In this document: positions 26,864 through 35,325 of the stretch, in pieces
How the letters are laid out: every line of letters starts with the position of its first letter
Position numbering within the stretch: the first letter of the stretch is position 1
IMG/VR virus record: IMGVR_UViG_3300049456_000112
Location: 1-55,624 of that record
Length of the DNA: 55,624 bases
Origin: a virus
Lineage: Duplodnaviria; Caudoviricetes
Strand: one strand, 5' to 3'
Position numbers and translations under genes: made by a program
The notes under the pieces: model-generated
The model's database searches: none
What the model saw: the letters and a program-made list of their open reading frames with translations, nothing else
What the model was told of the DNA's origin: nothing

Positions 26864-27277
26864 CTATGCGGCCTTGCACCATGCCACGTTTTCGAGCGCG
26901 CCGCGCTTGGCGACCATAAGCGCCGCATAGGTCTTGTCCGCGCGCTCCTGATCGGCTCCCGTCCAGTCTCCCGGAGCTGTTGCCATGGCGCGATTGGCCG
27001 CAGCAACGGCCTTCAAAATGGCCGCGCCGGTTTGGTGAAACGTGCCACTGGCGCAATTGGGCTTGCCGACAGGGACCGCCGCGCGCCGCAATTCGCCCTT
27101 CTGCTTTTCGCGGATTGCCGCGAGTACGGCATTTCCATATCCACGGCGCGTCATGAGCGAAAACTCGGCAAACCCGGTCTTGTCCGCAAGCTTGCGGAAA
27201 TTGAGGACGTCTTTGCCAAGTGTCACGGGATATTCCGGGCCGAATGCTTCCGGCGCTTCTTTTGGTTCATGTGTCAT
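26864..27277 (-). CDS. Hypothetical protein
   Basis: Start ATG 27277 after GAAAGGGA. Confidence 0.65.
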   Translation of the reverse strand: MTHEPKEAPEAFGPEYPVTLGKDVLNFRKLADKTGFAEFSLMTRRGYGNAVLAAIREKQKGELRRAAVPVGKPNCASGTFHQTGAAILKAVAAANRAMATAPGDWTGADQERADKTYAALMVAKRGALENVAWCKAA

Positions 27278-27296
27278 GTGTCGGTCCCTTTCTGCA

Positions 27297-27359
27297 AAGC
27301 CCGCCATAGGCTTCTAACGGCTCAAACCGGGTAACCTTTCGGTGCCCGGTAAAAGCCGC
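27297..27359 (-). promoter_or_regulatory. Structured leader motif, copy c
   Basis: GCGGCTTTT-ACCGGG-C-ACC-GAAA-GGT-TA-CCCGGT-TTGAGCCG ... AAGCCT-ATGGC-GGGCTT. Confidence 0.8.
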
Positions 27360-27371
27360 ATATTGGCGCGG

Positions 27372-27590
27372 TCAGATGTGAACGAACACGCAATCGGGAT
27401 GGACGGAGCGCAGTTCTTGGGCGTGGCGCTGCACGTCACTGATATCGACGCTTTCGCCGTGCACTTCGTATGTTGCCACGTGCAGACGCTGCAAATCGTG
27501 GTCCGGCAATTGAAACCAGCGCAACGGCCCGGTGGGCGCGACTCGGTCCCACACCGAGTCATTTCTGTAAACTTGGATAAAGCTTTTCAT
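27372..27590 (-). CDS. Hypothetical protein
   Basis: MKSFIQVYRND...; GGGAG SD. Confidence 0.55.
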   Translation of the reverse strand: MKSFIQVYRNDSVWDRVAPTGPLRWFQLPDHDLQRLHVATYEVHGESVDISDVQRHAQELRSVHPDCVFVHI

Positions 27591-27606
27591 GTTCCCGTTC
27601 TCCCTG

Positions 27607-27843
27607 TTAGGCAATGCGCGGCATGTCGCCATATTTGCGGTCCGGCCCGCCCTTGATCGTGCGGGACACGTTGCCGTACCGGTCCAGCTCCTGAACGTCG
27701 CAACCCATGGCGAGAACGTTCAAGAGAACCCATCGGGGCAAGGTCTTGGTGTTCGCAATGTTGGCAATGCCCTTCGCGGCCTCGTTTGCGGGATAGGCCT
27801 TGTCCTCTCCGAACACGCTCCGGATTTGGATTTGGATAATCAT
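27607..27843 (-). CDS. Hypothetical phage protein
   Basis: IRSVFGEDKAYPANEAAK.IA.IANTKTL. Confidence 0.7.
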   Translation of the reverse strand: MIIQIQIRSVFGEDKAYPANEAAKGIANIANTKTLPRWVLLNVLAMGCDVQELDRYGNVSRTIKGGPDRKYGDMPRIA

Positions 27844-27858
27844 GTTGCCCTCTCATCC

Positions 27859-27920
27859 GGCCCGCCATGGGCCTCCACGCCCTTAAGCCGGGTAACCTTT
27901 CGGTGCCCGGCCCAAGTGCG
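27859..27920 (-). promoter_or_regulatory. Structured leader motif, copy d
   Basis: GCACTTGG-GCCGGG-C-ACC-GAAA-GGT-TA-CCCGGC-TTAAGGGC ... GGCCC-ATGGC-GGGCC. Confidence 0.8.
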
Positions 27921-27931
27921 ATGTTGATGGT

Positions 27932-28804
27932 CTATGCGGCCTTGATCTGGGCCATACGTTCGGCGAGAACCCACAGGGCCTTATTCAATTTGACATCCTG
28001 ATCAATCCCGTTGACGGCGCGGGTCGTAACCCGGCGCGGGCGGTTTCCCGGGATGCGATTAATGCCCGTCAACCCGCCGCGAATGACGTTTTCCTGCACG
28101 ACGTTAAACGTGGTCCAAAGGTCGTTTGCGGTATCGTCATGGCGACGGGGCGAGAGCAACTGCCGTGGCGTAATCGGAGTCGCCACGTCCCCCGCCGCAT
28201 CGCCGAAACGAAGCACATGTGCGGCCTCTGCGAAAATTTCGCGTTCCTCCCGGGCAAGCTGTTTCTGTGCCCAATCCTGTGGCGCGGCCAAGGTCTTTTG
28301 GGCCTCGCCGAGAACGCGGTATGTCCCCTCGATAACCTTGTGCGTCACCTCGCCGCTGTGCCGCACCTTGACGCTGTCCAAGGTGCTGGTCTGGGAAACG
28401 AGCGAATTCATGCAGGCAATGCGAAAGAGCCCGGCCATAAGATCGTATGCGGAGGTTCCGTCATTTGCATTCTTGAGGAGCATTTCGCAGACGGTATCAC
28501 CAACGCGGTAGGATTCGACGTTATCGAGGCGACGAAGGCGAATCAGATGCTTCGTGAAATCGCCGCGCCCTTCGGCCCTTGCAACGCTCTGCTTAACACC
28601 AACCGGATGAAAGCCCTCTTTTGCGAGCGCGCGGAGGACCTCTATCGTCGGGATGGCGCGGAAGCGCTCCGACCGGGATTCGTGCGGCACCATGGCGAAG
28701 ATTGACGGCGCCTCACGGCGCATTTCGTCTTCGGTCAATGCCCGGGCAACATCGAAGCGAGCGGACTTGGCGTAAACGGTGCCGTTGCGGAAGTGAGCGT
28801 TCAT
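27932..28804 (-). CDS. DUF932/DUF945 domain protein
   Basis: APSIFA..PHESRSERF..IPT.EVL..L..EGF.P, FTKHLIRLRR, NANDGTSAY.L.AGLFR..C.N, DLWTTFNVVQEN, GIDQDVKLNKALW.LAE. Confidence 0.9.
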   Translation of the reverse strand: MNAHFRNGTVYAKSARFDVARALTEDEMRREAPSIFAMVPHESRSERFRAIPTIEVLRALAKEGFHPVGVKQSVARAEGRGDFTKHLIRLRRLDNVESYRVGDTVCEMLLKNANDGTSAYDLMAGLFRIACMNSLVSQTSTLDSVKVRHSGEVTHKVIEGTYRVLGEAQKTLAAPQDWAQKQLAREEREIFAEAAHVLRFGDAAGDVATPITPRQLLSPRRHDDTANDLWTTFNVVQENVIRGGLTGINRIPGNRPRRVTTRAVNGIDQDVKLNKALWVLAERMAQIKAA

Positions 28805-28822
28805 TTGTGTTTCCCTTTCGAT

Positions 28823-28885
28823 TGCGGGGCCATCCCGCACGCCCTTAAGCCCGGTAGCGGTTTCCCGCGCCGGGCGTAATGGCAT
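28823..28885 (-). promoter_or_regulatory. Structured leader motif, copy e
   Basis: ATGCCATTAC-GCCCGG-C-GCGG-GAAA-CCGC-TA-CCGGGC-TTAAGGGCG-TGCGGG-ATGGC-CCCGCA. Confidence 0.8.
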
Positions 28886-28895
28886 GTCGAGAGGG

Positions 28896-29201
28896 CTATC
28901 CGACAGGGCGGGATTGATCGCCCGACATTTCGCACGAGACAATGCGGAACACGGCAATGCCCTTGTGGTTCAATTCGGCGACCTTGGCCCGGGTTAGCTT
29001 TTCCGCCATGCGAGCGCGTTCCATGGCGCGGCGGCATGCAATCTCGGTATCCATGGCGAAAAGCCGCGTGTGAAAATCGCAACCGTTGGCGATACGTCGC
29101 ACGGTTACCTCAAAGGCAATCGGCCTTGTTCGCCGCGCTGGCATCAGGCTTGCGCCGTTGCGGTAAGCTTCGACGGTGGCGAAGTGCAATCGGTTGGTCA
29201 T
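28896..29201 (-). CDS. Hypothetical protein
   Basis: Start ATG 29201 after GAAAGGGA. Confidence 0.6.
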   Translation of the reverse strand: MTNRLHFATVEAYRNGASLMPARRTRPIAFEVTVRRIANGCDFHTRLFAMDTEIACRRAMERARMAEKLTRAKVAELNHKGIAVFRIVSCEMSGDQSRPVG

Positions 29202-29215
29202 GTCTTGTCCCTTTC

Positions 29216-29232
29216 GGCGAGGCCATCTCGCC
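29216..29232 (-). promoter_or_regulatory. AUGGC-pentaloop hairpin upstream of SD
   Basis: GGCGAG-ATGGC-CTCGCC. Confidence 0.7.
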
Positions 29233-29420
29233 TTCAATACTGGTACATCAATTTGAGGCAGAAGAAAAGAGAAATCGTCAACACGAGATGGGATTTTGTG
29301 CTGAAAGATTAATCAAAGCTTGCCCCCGATATCGTCGGAAAGGCCATGTCATGGCCGAAAGAGGCCTGAAACATCGTTCAACTCTTGAGAATGACAGAGG
29401 GGGCTGATATCCAGGAGGAC

Positions 29421-29930
29421 ATGCCAGCGCTCGACAATCCCCGCCACGAACGCTTTGCCCGGGCATTCATGAAATGCGGCCGCGCAAGCGAGGCCTTCCG
29501 TAAGGCAGGGTACAAGAGCGACAAGCCGCGATGCGTCTGGACCGCGTCGTCAAGGCTGTTGAGGCATGTTCGCGTCAAAGCCCGGATCGGGGAGCTAAAG
29601 CGGCAAATGGCCAGTAGAAACCGCATTACGGTGGATAGTCTGCTGGACGATCTGCAGGCTGACAGGGCGCTCGCAAGGGAGCTTGGACAGACTGCAGCGG
29701 CCATTCAGGCCACGCAGCTATCGGCCAAGCTGGTAGGCCTTTTGGTCGACCGGAAGGAAACGGGCAACCCGGGAGACTTCGCAAGCCTGCAGACGCGCGA
29801 CGAGGTTCTGCAGGTGCTCATGACGGAGCTAGGCGAGGATGCCGCGCGGCTGCTCTCTGCGGCACTGTCGGGCGCTCTGCCCGGGCCAATCATCGACGCG
29901 ACGCGCAACCCGGACGACACGCTTAACTGA
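29421..29930 (+). CDS. terS: Terminase small subunit
   Basis: MPALDNPRHERFAR.......SEAFRKAGY.......ASSRLL....VKARIGEL; SD AGGAGG. Confidence 0.8.
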   Translation: MPALDNPRHERFARAFMKCGRASEAFRKAGYKSDKPRCVWTASSRLLRHVRVKARIGELKRQMASRNRITVDSLLDDLQADRALARELGQTAAAIQATQLSAKLVGLLVDRKETGNPGDFASLQTRDEVLQVLMTELGEDAARLLSAALSGALPGPIIDATRNPDDTLN

Positions 29931-30159
29931 CGCTACCAGGGCGCGATTGCAGTGCACAATAGCTGATCTGTCCCGGTATCTTGAGAAAGCGGAACAGCGC
30001 GCCGCTTCCGCCTGTGACATCAATGGCTTAGGCGCCGCGCCGCCGCACTGGAAGGGGAGCCGTCCCCCGGGGTAGGGGCCGCTAATGGCCGGCGCGCGGA
30101 CATAATTGGGAATCCCCCACTCCCCCCTCTCTTTCCCATTTTCTATAATTTTCATTTCG

Positions 30160-30601
30160 GATGGGACCCGTTTCCAGTTTTGGGTCCCATCATCTTACCC
30201 GCTTCTTCCGCCTTTTCCTTTTTTTGGCCTTGCGCAGCCGCCTGCAGCAATCGGCACATTTGAGCCCGTCCTTTGTCCAGGTACCAGCCGGTGTCATGGG
30301 CTTGCCACAGGAGGGGCAGTTTGGGTTAAGCCAGGGCATTTTCTTCCCCATATTTTTCATAATTTTCCACGGGCGCATCTACCCTTCGGGTCCCATCCGC
30401 GCCTATGCTTCCTCTTGCGGTACCCTCCGCATCCAGCCCCGGCGCCGCTTCTGCCTCTCATCTTTACGTGCCGGTGAGGGTGAGCCGGCGGTGACGTCGG
30501 TTTGCCGCCGGGGCTGTTTCCGCATCTTTCCGCCATTTTCCCTTTTGGGGTCCCATCTGTGGCGGTATATGGTTCCGATTCTGGCACAGAAGGGACCCAT
30601 C
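30160..30601. repeat. Five copies of GGG(T/A)CCCATC
   Basis: 30160-69 (inverted), 30182-91, 30388-97, 30548-57, 30592-601. Confidence 0.7.
30190..30378 (-). CDS. Small Zn-finger protein with basic tail (uncertain)
   Basis: CPSCGKPM...CADCCRR followed by KAKKRKRRKKR. Confidence 0.4.
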   Translation of the reverse strand: MRPWKIMKNMGKKMPWLNPNCPSCGKPMTPAGTWTKDGLKCADCCRRLRKAKKRKRRKKRVR

Positions 30602-30602
30602 C

Positions 30603-33600
30603 ATGATCTCGATCGAAATGCCCCGCGCCATCGGCGCCGACGTCCGCCGGTTCGGGCGGCGGATCAGGGCGGCGCTCGTTTCCATCATCATCGCCACGGC
30701 GGTCACCATTCTTGTCTTCGTCGCGCTCGTCATCGGCTTCGCTTTCCCATGAGAAGCGGCCTGTCCGACAATCCCAGATACTTCATCTGCACCAAGGAGA
30801 CGCCCTGGCCCAAGGGCGGGCCGGTGCCGGTCATCCATCCCGATGCGATCGAGGGCGAGCAGCATGACGGTTGGCCCTCCGGGGACTATGTCGACATGCG
30901 ATGCCCGCACTGCCTCCATAGTTGGGAGAAGGAGCTGCCGCAGTGATCAAGATGGCGCAGCCCCCGGTTGATACCAGAAAATAAACACCGTCCCGACTTC
31001 CCATTGCGGTAAAAATCGGCTTAAATCCCGCCGTTTTCTTGAGTCTAATATTTGGATGGGGGATCACCCATGCTGCTTTCGGCCATTGCCATCGCCTGCA
31101 TTTTCTTTTTCTTTTGGCTCCGTGCCATGCTCATCGCGCTGCGCGCGAGCGAGATCATCGACGCGCAGCGCCGCCTCCTGGAGGAGCAGCTTGCCGTCCT
31201 TTCCCGCGATCAGGATTTGCGCAACGCCATGATCAGGCGCCGGTGATGCGCATCGCCATTTGTCCTCGCCGCCATGGCGCTCTTCTTCTCGCTCTTCATT
31301 TTGGCGCCCTCGATCATGATCCCGACATGACAAACCGCATCAAAATCTTCACCGTCGCGAACGTCCCGGAAGAGCTGCAGCAGGAGTGGCTGCAACATCT
31401 CCGAAATTTCGACACGGCCCATCCCAACTGCCATTTTGAGGTCGGCATCGACGGCCCCGACATCCCGATGCGGGAGATGATCGATCGCATCCGGCTTTCT
31501 CCCGGGCTTACCTTCGAACAGATTTGGGAGCGGACGAAATGGGAGAGGCCGCAATGACCCCGCGCTTTCTGTTTCGCGCCGGTCTCGTCCTCTTGGCGCT
31601 CAACCTGCTCGGCATTGTCTTTGTGCTTTGCCTTGCGCTTTGGGAGCTGCCGCGATGAGGCGCGCGGTGGGGAGCCAATCCATGAGCCTATTTTCCATCC
31701 TGCTGGCCCCGATCCACCTCCGGGCTTGGACGTGGCGTTCTATTTCGATCCCGATCCATTGCGTTGGATTTGCCTTCCTGTTGGTCAGCCTCGCGTTTGT
31801 TACGCTTGCTTCGTGGATCGATGGGCGGGCGCCGGCCCCCGTTGACGACGATTGAGGTTTGGGCATGAGCGATCTCTGGCTTATCTACTCCAACGAACAC
31901 CGCGCGTGGTGGGGACCCGGCCGCCATGGCTACACGATAGAGACCGAGCGCGCCGGCAGGTATTCTTTCGCCGAGGCCATGGGCATCTGTCTGCAGGCCA
32001 ATGTCGTGCCGCGCGATCCGCCGAACGAGGTCATGGTCCTGGCGCCAATGCCGACCATTGGGCTGACCGACGAGGAGATCATGGCGGCCCTCCGCGCCGC
32101 CGGTGCCCTGGAGCCGCCGAAATCGTTCCGTGACATGACCGAAGAGGAGATCATGGCCGCCGCGCTCTCCGATCCGGACAACTTGCCGCTCACCGAGGAG
32201 GAGCTGCGCCGTTTGAGGCCGAGGAAGCCGCGATGAGCAATGACATGATCGACGCGCTCATGCTCGCCAATCGGGTTTTGCTCGTCTGCGTCATTGCCCT
32301 TCTTATCGTTGTCGCCATCAGGAGGTTGTCATGACCCATCTCGATTGGGCGCTCGTCGGGGTCCTTCTCTTCCTCGCGCTCGAATTGCTGACATGACCGA
32401 GGTCCAAAAGCTCAAAGCGGAGATTGTGGTCCTGCGCGATCTTCTTGAAACCGCCTATCGAGAGGTCGACAAGGCGCGGGCCGAAAGCGAGAAGGCCGAT
32501 GACGAGTGCATAGAATTAAAGCATGAAATGCTGCGACTGCGCGCGCTGGGGACGCGCGACGGAGAGGATTTGGTTTGGCATTGGAAGCGCAAATACGAAG
32601 CTCTCGCGAATGCCGTCAGCAACTGACGAACTCAGATCGCAAATGGCCAGTTACTTCGGCGGCTCCGGCATCGACGATGGGCCGCCCTATCGTTACCTGA
32701 CCCATCTTGGCTGGACGGAGCGGGCGGGAATGCTGATCGCCCCGAAGCGGGAGATCGCGCAAAAGGAATGGGATTGCGTCGGCTTCCTTTGCGACGAATG
32801 GGACTACGGTTACGATCCGGCCCTTTCCCAGATGCAGACAATGCTGGCCCAGATCACAGCGCCTCACTTCGTTGCCGGGATCGTTCTCGATGATGGCACT
32901 GTGACCACGGCGGCACCGATCGTCAAATACATGATCGGCTGGAATCGAGACCGCGTAAGAGATTATTGCCATCAAAAGGCGTGGCACATTAGAATTATTC
33001 AGCAGGTAAAGCAGGAGGGTTGAATGGATACTTTCAACAAGTTTGGGGTTTGCGTTACCGGCGGCGGCATCGCGATTTTGATGCCTCCAAAAAACGAGAT
33101 TTCCAAAGAAGATGCCTTGATGTTTGCAGCATGGCTGGTCGCCCTTGCTGGCGGGGAAATGGAGTTTAGAAAGGCTCTGAACGCCGTTGAGGCAACCTAG
33201 TTTCTTTTATCATCACACTCGGATCAGCAGAGAAAGTCATGCAGCACGATAGTCACGTGTGGGCATGGCTAGCGGTGAAGTATTTTTACACCGGGTATTG
33301 GCCTTGGCATCACAAAACCGTTGAACCTTCCCGACCCGACGCGTACCAATAAACATTGGATATCGGAACGGGAGATTCGGGATGCAGAACGAGCCACAGA
33401 GGATTCAGGCGCTCGCCGACAAGATACGGGCGCTCCTTAACGCCGAGGAACGGCCGATCGCCATAAGCGCGCTCGCCGTCCTGAGCGGCGAAGTTCTCGG
33501 CAGCATCAGCATCGCGCCGCCCTATACGCGCGCCGCCTCGCTGCAGCTCTTCTGCCAGCAGGTTTCCGACATCACGGCAGCGGTTGAGGATCGGTCCCGA

Positions 33601-33603
33601 TGA
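30603..33603 (+). other. Run of about 12 tightly coupled small hypothetical ORFs
   Basis: Examples: 30603-30752, 30749-30946, 31070-31246, 31327-31557, 31865-32236, 32393-32626, 32610-33023, 33024-33200, 33382-33603; many ATGA overlaps, several single-TM. Confidence 0.6.
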
Positions 33604-34262
33604 TCAAAGCGGTCGCATACATGAGGACGTCGTCCGGCGCCAACGTCGGCGAGGGGAAAGATAGCGAGCCGAGGCAGCGCGCCGCGATCGTTGGCTTCGC
33701 CGATGAGGCCGGATACGAGATCGATGAGAGCGATTTCTATTACGACAAGGTCGTTCGCGGCGCGGATGCGATCACGGATCGGCCGGGCTTCGCCGAAATG
33801 TTGGCCCGGATCGCGGCCAATGGCGTCCGCGTCATCATTGTTGAGAGCCCCGATCGCTTCGCGCGCGATCTCCTGATCCAGCTAACTGGCCACGATCATC
33901 TCAAAAAGCTCGGGATCACGCTGATCCCTGCATCGGCACCGGATTTCTTCACCGAGGAGACACCAACCGCCGTCCTGGTCCGGCAGGTGCTCGGCGCGAT
34001 TGCGCAGTTTGAGAAGGCAACCCTCGTTGCGAAGCTCCGCGCCGCCAGGGAACGCAAGAAGCAGGGTGGGGCGAAGTGCGAGGGGCGGAAGAGCATCGCA
34101 GAGAAGAGGCCGGAGGTGGTTCGGGATGCCATAGCGGTAGCAGATGGCGGGGCGAGCCTTCGGCATGTCTCAGCAGTCCTCGCGACGTTGGGCCATCTGA
34201 CCCCGAACGGGAAGCCCTATTCACCATCCGCAGTCCGGCGTATGCTTTCATCCGGAGATTAA
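33600..34262 (+). CDS. Small serine recombinase (resolvase family)
   Basis: AVAYMRTSS, SEPRQRAAI, DRPGF..ML, IVESPDRFARDL, AQFEK..LV.KL..AR, C-terminal HTH. Confidence 0.93.
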   Translation: MIKAVAYMRTSSGANVGEGKDSEPRQRAAIVGFADEAGYEIDESDFYYDKVVRGADAITDRPGFAEMLARIAANGVRVIIVESPDRFARDLLIQLTGHDHLKKLGITLIPASAPDFFTEETPTAVLVRQVLGAIAQFEKATLVAKLRAARERKKQGGAKCEGRKSIAEKRPEVVRDAIAVADGGASLRHVSAVLATLGHLTPNGKPYSPSAVRRMLSSGD

Positions 34263-34296
34263 GCTGTCCAAAAATGGACACCCCTCTGTCGCCAGA

Positions 34297-34446
34297 TTAG
34301 ACAAGCCACCAGACGAGCGCCGCGATGCCCGCAACAATAAGGGCGATCGGCGATAAGAGCGCGGCGTATATGACCCATCGCACCATCGGCACTTGCACCG
34401 GCGTCACGAATGGAAAATTGGTGCCGCCGTAGATTTGATGTTTCAT
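34297..34446 (-). CDS. Small membrane protein
   Basis: SD GGAGG; C-terminal TM. Confidence 0.5.
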   Translation of the reverse strand: MKHQIYGGTNFPFVTPVQVPMVRWVIYAALLSPIALIVAGIAALVWWLV

Positions 34447-34501
34447 TTGATTCCTCCGTTTCATAAGCTTGGCGACCCAAGCATAGGCGGGAGAAAAAGT
34501 G

Positions 34502-34714
34502 ATGGCTACCGTGAAGATGGGCATTCTGACGCGCGCCGGAGAATGGTGGGTGCACTTGCGGCCCTACGGCAAGCGCGACTTCTGGCACCGCGAGCGCAGG
34601 GCGGCCGAGCGCGATGCCGCCGCGCGGGTCGACGAAGTCGCCGGCATCAATGCGATTGACCGCGAGATTGATTGGATGCTCGATCGATATGACAATCGGC
34701 TGCCGCCGGCATGA
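34502..34714 (+). CDS. Hypothetical protein
   Basis: MATVKMGILT..GEWWVHLRPYGKRDFWHRER; SD GGGAG. Confidence 0.65.
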   Translation: MATVKMGILTRAGEWWVHLRPYGKRDFWHRERRAAERDAAARVDEVAGINAIDREIDWMLDRYDNRLPPA

Positions 34715-34757
34715 CGCTGCTGTCCAAAACTGGACACCAAAAAATTCCAAGCACCGC

Positions 34758-34786
34758 TTGTTTAACAAAATCGCGCATGGCATCAC
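34758..34786 (+). promoter_or_regulatory. Candidate sigma70-type promoter for the Y RNA/Ro60 operon
   Basis: TTGTTT-17 nt-CATCAC; would place +1 near 34792, the 5' end of unit 1. Confidence 0.35.
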
Positions 34787-34791
34787 ACCGC

Positions 34792-34868
34792 TGCCCGTGC
34801 TGAAGGGATCGGTTACTTCTTCATATCGAAACTGAAGTCCAAAAACCGATTTCGTTGCTTGCCGGGCA
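34792..34868 (+). ncRNA. Y RNA-like unit 1 (short loop domain)
   Basis: Closing stem TGCCCG/CGGGCA, TGCTGAAG, upper stem GGATCGGT/ACCGATTT, TACTTC, CGTTGCTTGC. Confidence 0.7.
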
Positions 34869-35013
34869 CCCACGGAGACCATGCTGCAGTTACCGGTTAC
34901 TTCGCCTTGTAAGCAAGAGGTCATTGGTTCGAGTCCAATCGAGGGGAAACCTTCGTAGCTCAGTTGGTAGAGCGCTTACGTCTCCGGTTTCGTCACTTGC
35001 TGGTTTCCGTGGG
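34869..35013 (+). ncRNA. Y RNA-like unit 2 (YrlA-like) with permuted tRNA-Thr(UGU) domain
   Basis: Closing stem CCCACGGAGACCA/TGGTTTCCGTGGG; order is anticodon loop CTTGTAA, T arm ATTGG-TTCGAGT-CCAAT, acceptor closed by GAAA, D arm GCTC-AGTTGGTA-GAGC. Confidence 0.85.
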
Positions 35014-35019
35014 GTCTGT

Positions 35020-35119
35020 GCGGGGTTGATGCTGTAGGCTGCCGTTACTTCGGTAAAGTGCCCTCGGGCGCAGCCGTTCAAATCGGCAAGCACGGCATCC
35101 GTTTCTTGCTCTACCCCGC
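35020..35119 (+). ncRNA. Y RNA-like unit 3 with minimal tRNA-elbow-like domain
   Basis: Closing stem GCGGGGTTGA/TCTACCCCGC, TGCTGTAG, TTACTTC, GGTAAA, T arm GCCG-TTCAAAT-CGGC, CGTTTCTTGC. Confidence 0.75.
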
Positions 35120-35126
35120 TCAGGCC

Positions 35127-35285
35127 GATCTCTATGGGGCCGATGCTGCAGAAGACAGATACTTCTCCCCGCCAATGGGGAGGTAGCTCAACGGGTAGAG
35201 CGCCGGATTTCCAAATCCGGAGATGAGGGTTCGAATCCCTTCTCAAAGCTTCTGTCTCCGACACTTGCTCGGCCCCATAGAGATC
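35127..35285 (+). ncRNA. Y RNA-like unit 4 with permuted tRNA-Trp-like domain
   Basis: 17-bp perfect closing stem GATCTCTATGGGGCCGA/TCGGCCCCATAGAGATC; TCTCCCC-GCCA-AT-GGGGAGG, D arm, CCGGA-TTTCCAAA-TCCGG, T arm GAGGG-TTCGAAT-CCCTT. Confidence 0.85.
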
Positions 35286-35325
35286 ACGGCAGGCGACATC
35301 GCGGCAGAAACAACGGAGATGCCCG

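Noticed and set aside
25602-28885. Reading the repeated intergenic hairpins as intrinsic terminators or integron attC sites
   Set aside because: No U-tracts follow the stems, there are no GTTRRRY/RYYYAAC cores, and there is no tyrosine integron integrase in the window.
34265-34736. NifA upstream activator (TGT-N10-ACA) reading of the palindromes
   Set aside because: Conservation extends well inside (GTCCAA...GAC), and I saw no associated sigma54 -24/-12 promoters or nif genes.
33600-34740. Transposon around the resolvase
   Set aside because: No transposase, terminal inverted repeats or target duplication seen; only the two 16-bp palindromes reported under the operator motif.
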